From: an uncultured Verrucomicrobiota bacterium
GTDB lineage: Bacteria; Verrucomicrobiota; Kiritimatiellia; CAIQIC01; Lenti-01
Assembly (NCBI GenBank): GCA_938003985.1
Contig: CALKWZ010000022.1
Coordinates: forward strand, 3,749-67,748
Reading direction: 5' to 3'
Length of the DNA: 64,000 bases
The position numbers were made by a program, and so were the translations under genes. Under the pieces are notes generated by a model. That model ran no database searches, had not been told where the DNA came from, and saw only the letters and a list, made by a program, of their open reading frames with translations. Positions 46,016 through 55,077 of this stretch are shown piece by piece (within the stretch, counting starts at the first letter, position 1; each line of letters begins with the position of its first letter).

Positions 46016-46992
46016 GGCAGCCTCCCGAGGCGGGTGAAGCCCAGCAGGGTTTCACAAGCCAGGCCCAGCAGGCCCAGCAGCAGGAACGGCGCGAATTTCT
46101 CCTCGTAGCGCGTGTACTGGTCGAGCTCGATCTTCGTCTTTTCCATCTCGTCGATGGCTTTGTACGTCTCTTCAAGGCTCTTGAGGTCCGTGGCGCGGAA
46201 ATATTTCGCCTTCGTGATTTCGGCGATCTTCTTGAGCGTGGCCTCGTCGATTTCGTTGCCGCCCTGCACGAAGCCGAAGATGCCGGTGGCGCGGGGCTGG
46301 TCGGAGCCGGCGCCGACGGTGTAGACCTTGATGCCAAGGGCGGCGGCGGCCTGCGCGGCGTCCGGCGGAGTCAGGCGCCCGGCGTTGTGGATGCCGTCGG
46401 TGAGCAGAATCACGATCTTCGACTTGGCCTTCGAATCGCGCAGGCGGTTCACGCCGGAGGCGATGGCGTCGCCGATGGCCGTGGCGTCTTCGAGCATGCC
46501 GGTCTGCAGGCGGTCCATCTGGAGCATCAGCCAGGCATGGTCGGTGGTCAGCGGCGCGATGGTGTAGGGCATGGCGGCGAAGGCCACGATCCCGAGGCGG
46601 TCGTCGGGCCGCGCCTGGATGAACTGCGCGAGCACGGACTTGGCCGCGTCGAGGCGGTCCATGCGCTTCGTCGCGGTGGAAAAATCGTCGGCGCGCATGG
46701 AGGTCGAGGTGTCCACGACGAGCACGATGTCCACGCCTTCCGTTTCCACGCGCGACTCGCTCATGCCCTTCTGCGGACGGGCGGCGGCGGCGATCAGGAA
46801 GACGAGGCCGGCGGCGAACAGCGCGGGCGGCAGCCACCGCAGCGCGAGCCACGGCGAGACCGGCAGGCCGAGCAGCGCCGCGCCGTCGGAGAACGCCAGC
46901 GGCGCCTGCCGCCGGCGGGCGTAGCGCAGCCAAACCAGCGCCGGCACCAGCAGCAGGAGCAGCAGCACGAGCGGATGGCGGAAAACGATCAT
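46012..46992 (-). CDS. batA: BatA-like von Willebrand factor A domain membrane protein
   Basis: VWA MIDAS VVDTSTSM, ILLTDGIHNAG; N-terminal TM. ATG 46992 overlaps upstream gene stop (ATGA). The track ORF extends spuriously to 47502. Confidence 0.8.
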   Translation of the reverse strand: MIVFRHPLVLLLLLLVPALVWLRYARRRQAPLAFSDGAALLGLPVSPWLALRWLPPALFAAGLVFLIAAAARPQKGMSESRVETEGVDIVLVVDTSTSMRADDFSTATKRMDRLDAAKSVLAQFIQARPDDRLGIVAFAAMPYTIAPLTTDHAWLMLQMDRLQTGMLEDATAIGDAIASGVNRLRDSKAKSKIVILLTDGIHNAGRLTPPDAAQAAAALGIKVYTVGAGSDQPRATGIFGFVQGGNEIDEATLKKIAEITKAKYFRATDLKSLEETYKAIDEMEKTKIELDQYTRYEEKFAPFLLLGLLGLACETLLGFTRLGRLP

Positions 46993-48044
46993 GCGCTTTC
47001 CTCCTGCACGTACGGCGGCTTGGGAGGCTCCGGTTCCACCGGCATCGTTTCGTGGACGAGGAGCTCGGCGGATTCCAGGGCGTTGCGCATGTCGGCCTGG
47101 CCCGGCGCATGGCGCGCGAATTTCACGAGATCGCTCTGCTCGAGGAACCCGGCGACGAGGTCGCGGTGGGGGTCGGAGAGCTTCTTGGAGGTGAGGGCGT
47201 CGCGGATGAATTCCTCGGTGGTGCGTTCGGGCGCGCGCAGGCCGAAGCGGCCTTCGAGGTAACGGCGGACGATGCCGGAGAGCGCGACGTAGAACGGCTC
47301 GATCTGGAGCGCCTCGATCCAGCCCTTGGCGCGCAGGTCGGCGAGGGCGTCGAGCGCGAGCCGGTGCGGCGGCACCGGCGGCGCCAGGTGCAGGATCGTG
47401 CGGGGCGTGGTCAGGACCTTGCGCAGCGCGAGGAACGCGGCGGCCAGGATCGCCAAGATGCCCAGCGCAACCCACAGCCACCGCGCCGGCGGCGCGGGCC
47501 AATGGGCGAGGCCGCCCTTGGCGGGCCGGATCTCTTGCTCGCCGGGCTTCAGCGACGACACGACTTCCAGCGCCAGGAACGGATAGGCGTTGGTCACGAC
47601 GCCCTGCGGCGTGGAAAGCAGGATTTTCGCGTTTTCGCCGACGACGTGGTTGGTGATCGTCAGCGAGGTCAGCCGGATTTTCTGGACGGTGCGCAGCAGG
47701 CCGTTGGCGAGCGTTTCCGTTTCGGTCTTGGCGTCGCGGACGACGACGTCCTTGCCGTTGGCGGGATTGGGGAAGCCGACGGTCGTGCCGCCGCGGTGCA
47801 GGGCGGTCAGCGTCACCTCGACCGGGTCGCCGATGCGGATCTGGTTGGTGGACATCGCCGCGGAGACGGAAATCTCCTGCCCGGCCGGCAGTTCCGGCGG
47901 CGGCGGAGCCGGCTTGGAGCAGCCGACCAGCGCGGCGGCGGCAAGCGCGGGAAAAGTTTTACGTAGAACGTAAAAAGTTTCGGAAGTTTTTACGTAGAAC
48001 GTAAAAACTTTCGCGGAATTTTCCACTGCACGTAAAAACGTCAT
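46989..48044 (-). CDS. hypothetical lipoprotein/membrane protein occupying the DUF4381-like position of Bat operons
   Basis: ATG 48044 overlaps DUF58 stop (ATGA). Lipobox LVGCS at residue 42; central TM helix WLWVALGILAILAAAFLAL. The N-terminal 30 aa are encoded by the AT-rich palindromic repeats, so true start is uncertain. Confidence 0.55.
   Translation of the reverse strand: MTFLRAVENSAKVFTFYVKTSETFYVLRKTFPALAAAALVGCSKPAPPPPELPAGQEISVSAAMSTNQIRIGDPVEVTLTALHRGGTTVGFPNPANGKDVVVRDAKTETETLANGLLRTVQKIRLTSLTITNHVVGENAKILLSTPQGVVTNAYPFLALEVVSSLKPGEQEIRPAKGGLAHWPAPPARWLWVALGILAILAAAFLALRKVLTTPRTILHLAPPVPPHRLALDALADLRAKGWIEALQIEPFYVALSGIVRRYLEGRFGLRAPERTTEEFIRDALTSKKLSDPHRDLVAGFLEQSDLVKFARHAPGQADMRNALESAELLVHETMPVEPEPPKPPYVQEESA
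47957..48040. repeat. two tandem copies (plus a partial third) of a 19-bp perfect palindrome TTTTACGTAGAACGTAAAA (operator-like)
   Basis: gttttacgtagaacgtaaaaag (47956-47977) and gtttttacgtagaacgtaaaaac (47987-48009), then cacgtaaaaacg (48029-48040); about 30% GC; directly downstream of the ATG 48044 / DUF58 stop. Confidence 0.8.
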
Positions 48045-48916
48045 CGGCGTTTCTCCCGGGTGCGGAAGAAGCGGACGAGTTCGCGGTCGTAGCGTTCGCC
48101 GGCGTGGAGTTCGATCGCGTCGGACCGGGCGCGGGAAAGCTGCCGCAGGAGGGTTTGGCGGCGTTCGGTCTGGCGCGCGAGCAGGGCGCGGCGGGTCGGC
48201 GCGTGGGAGGTGTCCACCACGATGCGCCGGCCGGTTTCGGCGTCTTCGAAGTCCACGAGACCGACGGGCGGCAGGGCGCTTTCGCGCTTGTCGCCGATCA
48301 CGAGGCTGACGAGGTCGTGGCGGCGGGCGGTGACGCGCAGCAGGTGCTCGCAGGACGGCGCGATGAAGTCGGAAATCAGGAACGCGACCGACCGGCGCCG
48401 CACGACCTGGTTGAGATAGCGCAGGGCGGGTTCGAGGTCGGTTTTGGGCGACGACGGCTTGGCGTTGAGGATTTCCGAGACGACGCGCAGGACGTGGGTG
48501 GCGCCTTTGGCGGGCGGCACGTGCTTTTCCACCCGGTCGGAAAACAGGATCAGGCCCACGCGGTCGTGGTTGGCGATGGCGGAAAAGGCGAGGACGGCGG
48601 CGACTTCGGCGGCGAGGTCGCGCTTGAGCTGCGCCGTGGAACCGAAGCGGTTGGAGGCCGACACGTCCACGAGGAGCATGACGGTCAGTTCGCGCTCTTC
48701 GGTGAACTTCTTGACGTGCGGGGAACCGGTGCGGGCGGTGACGTTCCAGTCGATGGCGCGGATGTCGTCGCCGGGCACGTATTCGCGGACTTCCTGGAAC
48801 TCCATGCCCTGGCCCTTGAAGACCGAATGGTAGCGCCCCGCGAAGACGTCGTTGACCGAACGCCGGGTGCGGATTTCGATCCGCCGGATCTTTTTCAATG
48901 TCTCGCGCGGAATCAT
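48041..48916 (-). CDS. DUF58-family protein (MoxR-associated, VWA-like)
   Basis: DUF58 conserved blocks (GQGMEFQEVREYVPGDDIRAIDWNVTART, LTVMLLVDVSASN). Confidence 0.85.
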   Translation of the reverse strand: MIPRETLKKIRRIEIRTRRSVNDVFAGRYHSVFKGQGMEFQEVREYVPGDDIRAIDWNVTARTGSPHVKKFTEERELTVMLLVDVSASNRFGSTAQLKRDLAAEVAAVLAFSAIANHDRVGLILFSDRVEKHVPPAKGATHVLRVVSEILNAKPSSPKTDLEPALRYLNQVVRRRSVAFLISDFIAPSCEHLLRVTARRHDLVSLVIGDKRESALPPVGLVDFEDAETGRRIVVDTSHAPTRRALLARQTERRQTLLRQLSRARSDAIELHAGERYDRELVRFFRTREKRR

Positions 48917-48980
48917 GGGTGCAGCCAGTATTCAGGAGTCAGAATTCGGAATTCAGAATGCTGGAAGACCTCCGGTGGGG
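48917..48980. repeat. AT-rich palindromic element (ATTCAGGAGTCAGAATTCGGAATTCAGAAT) in the moxR–DUF58 spacer
   Basis: cagtattcaggagtcagaattcggaattcagaatgctgg; same CAGAATTC/ATTCAGAAT unit family as the other AT-rich elements. Confidence 0.7.
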
Positions 48981-49976
48981 TTAGGGGACGGGGAGTTCGT
49001 TCAAGAGGGTGGCGACGATTTTCTCGGAGGTCATGTCCTCGGCTTCGGCCTCGAAGGAGGGGATGACGCGGTGGCGGAGGACGTCGGGAGCGATGGATTT
49101 GACGTCCTGCGGGGTGACGTAGCCGCGGCCCTGCAGGAAGGCGTGCGCGCGGGCGGCGAGGGTCAGGTAGAGCGTCGCGCGCGGCGAGGCGCCGTAGCGG
49201 ATGTTGTCCTTGAGCGCGTCGAGCTTGTAGGCGGCGGGATCGCGCGTGGCGAAGACGATGGAGAGGACGTAGTCCTTGATCTTGTCGTCGACGTAGATTT
49301 CGTCGACGACGGCGCGCGCGCGGCGGATGGCGTCGGGTTCGACGACGGCGCGGACGTTGCGGACGACTTCGGTGCGGGCGTTGGCGTCGAGGATCCGGCG
49401 CTCTTCCTCGAGGGAGGGATATTTCACGACGAGCTTGAGCATGAAGCGGTCGACCTGCGCTTCGGGGAGGGGATAGGTGCCTTCCTGCTCGATGGGGTTC
49501 TGCGTGGCCAGGACGAGGAAGGGATCCGGCAGATTGAACGTTTCCTGGCCGATGGTGACCTGGCGCTCCTGCATGGCTTCGAGCAGGGCGGACTGCACCT
49601 TGGCGGGCGCGCGGTTGATTTCGTCGGCGAGGATGACGTTGGCGAAGATGGGGCCCTTGCGGGTGCCGAAGTCGCCGGTCTTGGGATTGTAGACCTGCGT
49701 GCCGACGAGGTCGGCGGGCAGCAGGTCGGGCGTGAACTGGATGCGATGAAAATAGGTGTGGATGGCGGAGGCGAGCGTCTTGACGGCCAGCGTCTTGGCC
49801 AGGCCGGGCACGCCTTCGAGCAGCAGGTGGCCGTTGGCCAGCAGGCCGATCATCAGGCGGTCGATCAGGTAGCGCTGGCCGACGATGACCTTTTCCATCT
49901 CGGCGCGCAAGGCGGCCACGAAGGCGCTTTCTTCCCTGACTTTTTCGTTGATCGCGGTGATTCCGGTGTCGCTCAT
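48981..49976 (-). CDS. moxR: MoxR-family AAA+ ATPase
   Basis: Walker A-like GVPGLAKT, Walker B ILADEINRA, sensor motifs; about 330 aa. ATG 49976 with AGGAG 6 nt upstream. Confidence 0.9.
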   Translation of the reverse strand: MSDTGITAINEKVREESAFVAALRAEMEKVIVGQRYLIDRLMIGLLANGHLLLEGVPGLAKTLAVKTLASAIHTYFHRIQFTPDLLPADLVGTQVYNPKTGDFGTRKGPIFANVILADEINRAPAKVQSALLEAMQERQVTIGQETFNLPDPFLVLATQNPIEQEGTYPLPEAQVDRFMLKLVVKYPSLEEERRILDANARTEVVRNVRAVVEPDAIRRARAVVDEIYVDDKIKDYVLSIVFATRDPAAYKLDALKDNIRYGASPRATLYLTLAARAHAFLQGRGYVTPQDVKSIAPDVLRHRVIPSFEAEAEDMTSEKIVATLLNELPVP

Positions 49977-50001
49977 AACTGGCTCCTGGGGCTGGCTGGG
50001 A

Positions 50002-50703
50002 TCAAGGTTTGGCGGACGCGGTGGCGTTGGCCGCCGGCTTGGGGATGCGGATGCAGAGGCGGTCGTTGACGTTGGTGATCTGGAAAGAAGCGTCCGCGGC
50101 GACGGGGCCCGGCAACAGCACGCGCGAGCTGAAGCTCTGCGAGGAGGACGCGTTGGACGTCCGGCGGTCTTGATGCGAGGAGACGCTGAGCAGGCGCCCG
50201 TCGAGGCGAACGTCGAGGGAACCGGGATCGGCGTCGGGCAGGGCCAGCGCGAGCTCGTAGGCGTCGGGCAGCTCGCGCAGGTCCATGGCGGGGGAGGCGG
50301 GCAGGGTCGCCCAGACGTCGTCCCGGTCGAAAAACGAATCGAAGCCGCCGAAGGCCTGGTTGGCCTCGGCCATCATGCGCTGCATTTCGGCGCGCATGCG
50401 GTCGGCGGGATGGCGGTAGCGCGGCTGGGGCATGGGCCGTTGGAAAACCGCGAAGCGCGGCAGGAGCGAAAAAGATGACGGGGCATTCGGTTGTGCGGAG
50501 GGCTCCAAGGAGGGGGGAGTGTCCGGTTGGGTTGGGACCGCAGGTGGGTTGTGGGCTCTGCGGTTGAATGCCCCGTCAAGATGGTTTTTGGCCAGCCAGG
50601 CCAAGATCACGATCTGCAAAACCAAAACCCACCGGAGCAACTTGCGCTCGCCCGTCGGGGCCGGGACTGGATTGTTGGCGTTGTCTGTCATGGCGACATC
50701 CAT
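50002..50703 (-). CDS. membrane-anchored Hsp20/alpha-crystallin-domain protein
   Basis: N-terminal TM helix LLRWVLVLQIVILAWLA; C-terminal ACD (MDLRELPDAYELALALPDADPGSLDVRLDGRLLSVSS...FSSRVLLPGPVAADASFQITNVNDRLCIRIPKP). Stop 25 nt upstream of moxR start. Confidence 0.55.
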   Translation of the reverse strand: MDVAMTDNANNPVPAPTGERKLLRWVLVLQIVILAWLAKNHLDGAFNRRAHNPPAVPTQPDTPPSLEPSAQPNAPSSFSLLPRFAVFQRPMPQPRYRHPADRMRAEMQRMMAEANQAFGGFDSFFDRDDVWATLPASPAMDLRELPDAYELALALPDADPGSLDVRLDGRLLSVSSHQDRRTSNASSSQSFSSRVLLPGPVAADASFQITNVNDRLCIRIPKPAANATASAKP

Positions 50704-50869
50704 GGAGCAGACGCCGTGCCAAGTCCGGAGAATACGCGAAAACAGGCGAAAATCGCCGATTATCCGGGGTGTTTGCTGAACCGCGCAAGCGCACCTGCCG
50801 TGGGCGCAAATCGCCTTTGCGACAAAACGCGCGGGAGTCGCTGCGACATTTTGTCCGGCCGGATTCGGG

Positions 50870-51598
50870 CTAGTTCTGCGAGACGTCGCGGTACAGCAGC
50901 AAGGCCGCGGCGGCGGCGGCGAGCGGCTCGCGCTTCTCGGAGGTGAGCGACTGGTCGAAGCGCACGGAACCCGCGTTGACGAGATCGATCGCGGCGACGA
51001 GGCGCGTGCCGTCGTAGATCAGGAAGCCCGCGTTTTCCATCAGAGGGATGGAAGTGCCGGCCAACTGGCGGGAGCCTTCGACGCGGTAGGCGGTCTGGCC
51101 GTCGGTCAGCGTGCCGTTGAGCAGGACGCCGCCGCGCTCTTCGGCGAGGGCCAGATTCCAGGCGCCGGGTTCGCCGTCGCGGCCGAGGCGCGCGACGAAG
51201 TTGACTTCCCGGGTCAGGCCCCAGGTGAGTTCGCCGCCGGCGACGGTGTCCTTCAGATCCTGCTTGCGCACGCCGGTGGCGGCCTGTCCGCGCCACGTCT
51301 GTCCGGAGGGCGCGCGCAGCGCGAATTCGTATTGCTGGCGCGCGCGCGAGCGCTCGTAGAGGGCGATGCTCCAGGCCACGCGGTGCGTCCAGCCGCGGCG
51401 GACGTCGACGACGTCGTAGGGGCCGAAGGAGAACTTCTCGGAGAGGGTGAACCCGCCGCGGCCGGCGCAGGGATAGGCGTCGGACCGGGCTTCGAGATCG
51501 GCCGGCACCGCCATCCGGGCCGTCGTGCAACCCCCCGCGAGGAACAAGAGGCAGAGCGCAATCCACCAGCGGAGCGGAAGTTTTCGTTTCATGGGCAT
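50870..51598 (-). CDS. hypothetical lipoprotein
   Basis: Signal peptide with lipobox (LLFLAGGC); no known motifs; GC3-biased. Alternative ATG 51592. Confidence 0.5.
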   Translation of the reverse strand: MPMKRKLPLRWWIALCLLFLAGGCTTARMAVPADLEARSDAYPCAGRGGFTLSEKFSFGPYDVVDVRRGWTHRVAWSIALYERSRARQQYEFALRAPSGQTWRGQAATGVRKQDLKDTVAGGELTWGLTREVNFVARLGRDGEPGAWNLALAEERGGVLLNGTLTDGQTAYRVEGSRQLAGTSIPLMENAGFLIYDGTRLVAAIDLVNAGSVRFDQSLTSEKREPLAAAAAALLLYRDVSQN

Positions 51599-51681
51599 AG
51601 GTTAGCCATTCGGACGAAGGGCGTCGAGGGCCTTTCTTGCCGGTTGCGGGCGGGGGGCGGGTCGGGTAGGATGGCCGCAAC

Positions 51682-52632
51682 ATGAGCCATCCGAAGAAGA
51701 TCACGATCGTGGTGCCGTTCCTGAACGAGAAGGACAACCTGCCGGTTTTGCTGGAACGGGTGGCGGGCGTCTTCGCGGCGCGGGAAGAGGACTGGGAACT
51801 CCTGCTGGTGGACGACGGCTCGACCGACGGGTCGGCCGAATGGGCCGTGGAGCAGGCGCAATCGAACCGCCACGTGCGGGTGGTGCGGCTGTCGCGCAAT
51901 TTCGGGCACCAGTTGGCCATCACGGCGGGGCTGGACCGCTCGGACGGCGACGCGGTCGTGGTCATGGACGCCGATTTGCAGGATCCGCCCGAGACGATCG
52001 GCGCGATGGTCGACAAATGGCGCGAGGGCTTCGAGGTGGTGTACGCGGTCCGCCGCAGCCGCGCCGGCGAAACCTGGTCGAAGAAATTCCTCGCGGCGGG
52101 ATTCTACCGCGTGTTCCGCCGGCTGGCGAAGGTGAACGTGCCGATGGACGCGGGCGATTTCCGGCTGGTGGACCGCTGCGTGGTGGACGCGCTGCGCGAG
52201 ATGCGCGAGCTGCACCGGTTCATGCGCGGGTTGACGTGCTGGGTCGGTTTCCGGCAGGCCTCGGTGGAATACGACCGGGCCGCGCGGTTCGCGGGCGAGA
52301 CGAAATATCCGGTCCTGAAAAGCGCGCGCCTGGCGTTCGACGCGATCACGTCGTTTTCGGCGTCCCCGCTGCGGTGGATCGCCGTGCTGGGCGTGGGCAT
52401 CTGCCTGGTGGCGGCGCTGTGGGTGTTCTACGTGATGGTGCAGGCCATGGTGAACCCCGGCAGCATGCAGAAAGGCTGGGCCTCGACCATCGCGGTGATG
52501 GTGTTCCTGGGCGGCGTGCAGCTCGTCAGCATCGGCCTGCTGGGCCAGTACGTCAGCCGCATCTTCGAAGAAGGCAAGCGGCGGCCGCTGTACCTCGTGC
52601 GGACGGACACGAAAGCCGACAAAGCGTCCTGA
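51682..52632 (+). CDS. polyprenol-phosphate glycosyltransferase, GT2 family (ArnC/GtrB/DPM1-like) with C-terminal TM helices
   Basis: ITIVVPFLNEKDNL, DDGSTDGS, DADLQDPPE (DxD), plus two C-terminal TM helices as in ArnC/GtrB. Confidence 0.85.
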   Translation: MSHPKKITIVVPFLNEKDNLPVLLERVAGVFAAREEDWELLLVDDGSTDGSAEWAVEQAQSNRHVRVVRLSRNFGHQLAITAGLDRSDGDAVVVMDADLQDPPETIGAMVDKWREGFEVVYAVRRSRAGETWSKKFLAAGFYRVFRRLAKVNVPMDAGDFRLVDRCVVDALREMRELHRFMRGLTCWVGFRQASVEYDRAARFAGETKYPVLKSARLAFDAITSFSASPLRWIAVLGVGICLVAALWVFYVMVQAMVNPGSMQKGWASTIAVMVFLGGVQLVSIGLLGQYVSRIFEEGKRRPLYLVRTDTKADKAS

Positions 52633-53582
52633 TGGCCGGCGCCGAACCCATTCTGGTTTCGGCGATCGTGCCGGTCTACAACGGCGCGCACTGCCTGCCG
52701 CGCTGCCTCGCAAGCCTTTTAAAGCAGACCCATCCGCGCGTGGAAATCATCGTCGTGGACGACGGTTCGACGGACGGCACGCCCCACTTGGTGAAAGCGC
52801 CGGTCCGCTTGCTCTCGACCGGCGGCCGCAAAGGGGCGGGCGCGGCGCGCAACGTCGGCGCGAAGGCGGCAACCGGCGCAGTCCTGTTTTTCACCGATTC
52901 CGACGTGGTGGCCCCGCCGGACTGGATCGCCAAGGCGCTGAAGGCCCGCACGGAAAAAGGCGTGCCCTGCGGCGGCGGGGGCTACGCGGGGCCGGTGAAG
53001 GAAATCTTCATCCAGCAGTTCGCGCACGAGGAACTCGTGTGGCGACGGCGGCGCCATCGCGGCTACGTCGAGACGCTGGTCTCGAACAATCTCTGGTGCG
53101 AACGCGAGCTGTTCCTCGCCAAGGGCGGCTTTCCCGAGGCCTATTGCGCGGCCAGCAGCGAGGACATGGAATTTTCCTGGGCGGTGTCGCGCGACCACAA
53201 ATTGTGGTGGGATCCCGACAACGGCGTGTTCCACGATTTCGCGGACACGGTGCGGGGCTATTTGAAACAGCAGATCCGCTTCGCGAAAGACGCCGTGCCG
53301 ATGCTGCTGGGCAACCGGGCGCTGGTCGGCGGGCGGCAAACCCACCATGGCAAGCAGCTCTACGTCGAAATCGCCTTCACGGGGCTTGGAATCGTCTGTT
53401 TTCCGCTGTTTTTGGGCGTTTTGGCGGCAAATTTCGGTTTTTTGGCCGAAATTTCGCGCACAAGAGGCCCGAAATTCGCCGCGAAGGCTCTCGGCATGGC
53501 ATTTTTGCGCAATTTTTCGATTCTGTGGGGAGTTGCGGTAGGTTTGTTCGAGTTTTTCGCGAAAAAGAGCGGAAAATCGTGA
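52632..53582 (+). CDS. glycosyltransferase family 2 protein (second copy; C-terminal membrane anchor)
   Basis: SAIVPVYNGAHCL, VDDGSTDGT, FFTDSDVV (DxD-like), C-terminal TM helices. ATG 52632 overlaps previous stop (TGATG). Confidence 0.8.
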   Translation: MAGAEPILVSAIVPVYNGAHCLPRCLASLLKQTHPRVEIIVVDDGSTDGTPHLVKAPVRLLSTGGRKGAGAARNVGAKAATGAVLFFTDSDVVAPPDWIAKALKARTEKGVPCGGGGYAGPVKEIFIQQFAHEELVWRRRRHRGYVETLVSNNLWCERELFLAKGGFPEAYCAASSEDMEFSWAVSRDHKLWWDPDNGVFHDFADTVRGYLKQQIRFAKDAVPMLLGNRALVGGRQTHHGKQLYVEIAFTGLGIVCFPLFLGVLAANFGFLAEISRTRGPKFAAKALGMAFLRNFSILWGVAVGLFEFFAKKSGKS

Positions 53583-53597
53583 TTTTGGAGTGAACAC

Positions 53598-55055
53598 ATG
53601 CGCGTTGCCCTGATCAGTCCGCCGTTTTTGCCGAATTTCTGCCGCAGCCAGCGCTGGCCGGTCGTGAACCGCACGCGCGCGCAGCGCTATCCGGATTGGC
53701 TGGCCTATGCGGCCGGCGTGGCGATCCAGGCGGGCTTCGAGGTCGAGCTGCGGGATTTCATCGCCGAAGAGGCGTCGCTGGCGGACGTGGCGAAGTGGTG
53801 CGGCGAGTGGAAGCCGGGCCTGCTGGTGCTGGACGCGACGACGCCGTCGATCTACAACGACGTCGAATGCGCGCGGCTGTGCAAGACGGCGAGCCCGGAA
53901 ACGCACGTGGCGCTGGTGGGGCCGCACGTCAGCGTGTATCCCCGAGAAACGCTGCTGGAAGCCAAGGGCGCGGTGGATTCCATCGCGCGCGGCGAATACG
54001 ACTTCACGATCCGCGACTTGGCGGCGGCGCTGGCGGGCGGGACGGGACTGGAAACCGTGGAGGGCATCACGTTCCGGACCGCCGCAGGCGAAATCGTCGA
54101 AACCCGCGCGCGCGCGCCGATCGAGAATCTCGACGAGATTCCGCCGCCGCCGTGGCATTTCTTCGACGTGAAGAAATACCGCAACAACACCTATCTCTAT
54201 CCGTTCCTGGACCAGATCAGCGGGCGCGGCTGCCCGAACCGGTGCACGTTCTGCCAGTGGCCGCAGGTGATGCACGGCCGGCGCTACCGCTATTGCTCGC
54301 CGGAACGCGTCGTGCGGGAAATGGTCGAGGATTTCGAGCGCTATCCCATCCAGGAAGTCTTTTTCGAGGACGACACCCTGACGACGTTCCGGCCGCGTCT
54401 CCGGCAGATCTGCGAGCTGATTTTGCAGCAGAAGCGGCGGATGGTCTGGTCGTGCAATTCGCGCGTGGACTGGGCGGACCTGGATTTGATGAAGCTGATG
54501 AAGGAAGCCGGCTGCCGCATGCTGCTGATCGGGCCGGAGAGCGGCGACCAGCGGATCCTCGACAACGTGCGCAAGGGCATCCGCGTCGAGCAGACGCGCG
54601 AATTCGTGGCGACGGCGCGGAAGGCGAAGCTGACCACGCATTCGTGCTGGGTGGTGGGCCTGCCGGGCGAGACGAAAGAAAGCATGGATCGCACGCGGCA
54701 ATTCGTGAAGGACGTGGACACCGACACGATCCAGGCCTCGGCCGTGATGCCGCAGGTGGGCACGGAGCTCTACGCCCTGGCGGTGGAGAAGGGCTACCTG
54801 CGGATGAAGGACTGGGCCGACTACGCGATGCAAGGCGAGCAGACGGCGGTGATGGAATATCCCGACCTGTCCCAGGCCGAGATGAACGCCGGCGTGAACC
54901 GGCTGCTCAAGGAATTCTACTTCCAGCCCCACGTGATCGCGCGCCTGCTGCGACAGTCCTGGAAGCGCCCGGCGCTGCTGTCGAGCTACTGGACCGGCTT
55001 CGTCATGCTGCTGCGCTACCTGAACAAGCGCGCGGGGCTGGTCGAGAAGAAGTAG
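53598..55055 (+). CDS. B12-binding-domain radical SAM protein (class B radical SAM, methyltransferase-like)
   Basis: N-terminal cobalamin-binding-like domain; radical SAM GCPNRCTFCQ. ATG 53598 with GGAG 7 nt upstream. Confidence 0.85.
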   Translation: MRVALISPPFLPNFCRSQRWPVVNRTRAQRYPDWLAYAAGVAIQAGFEVELRDFIAEEASLADVAKWCGEWKPGLLVLDATTPSIYNDVECARLCKTASPETHVALVGPHVSVYPRETLLEAKGAVDSIARGEYDFTIRDLAAALAGGTGLETVEGITFRTAAGEIVETRARAPIENLDEIPPPPWHFFDVKKYRNNTYLYPFLDQISGRGCPNRCTFCQWPQVMHGRRYRYCSPERVVREMVEDFERYPIQEVFFEDDTLTTFRPRLRQICELILQQKRRMVWSCNSRVDWADLDLMKLMKEAGCRMLLIGPESGDQRILDNVRKGIRVEQTREFVATARKAKLTTHSCWVVGLPGETKESMDRTRQFVKDVDTDTIQASAVMPQVGTELYALAVEKGYLRMKDWADYAMQGEQTAVMEYPDLSQAEMNAGVNRLLKEFYFQPHVIARLLRQSWKRPALLSSYWTGFVMLLRYLNKRAGLVEKK

Positions 55056-55077
55056 GCGCGGCGTGAGCTATACGGGG

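Noticed and set aside
44214-46108. Plus-strand ORFs 44214..45107 and 44348..46108 antisense to batC/batB
   Set aside because: Leu/Val-rich translation of the antisense of the CAG/CAA Gln-rich tract and Arg/Gly-rich sequence. The sense strand has VWA and TPR motifs and coupled starts.
39479-48980. Possibility that the AT-rich repeats constitute a CRISPR array
   Set aside because: Units are irregular in length and spacing, partly palindromic and scattered over 28 kb at gene junctions rather than arranged as repeat-spacer-repeat. No cas genes in the window.
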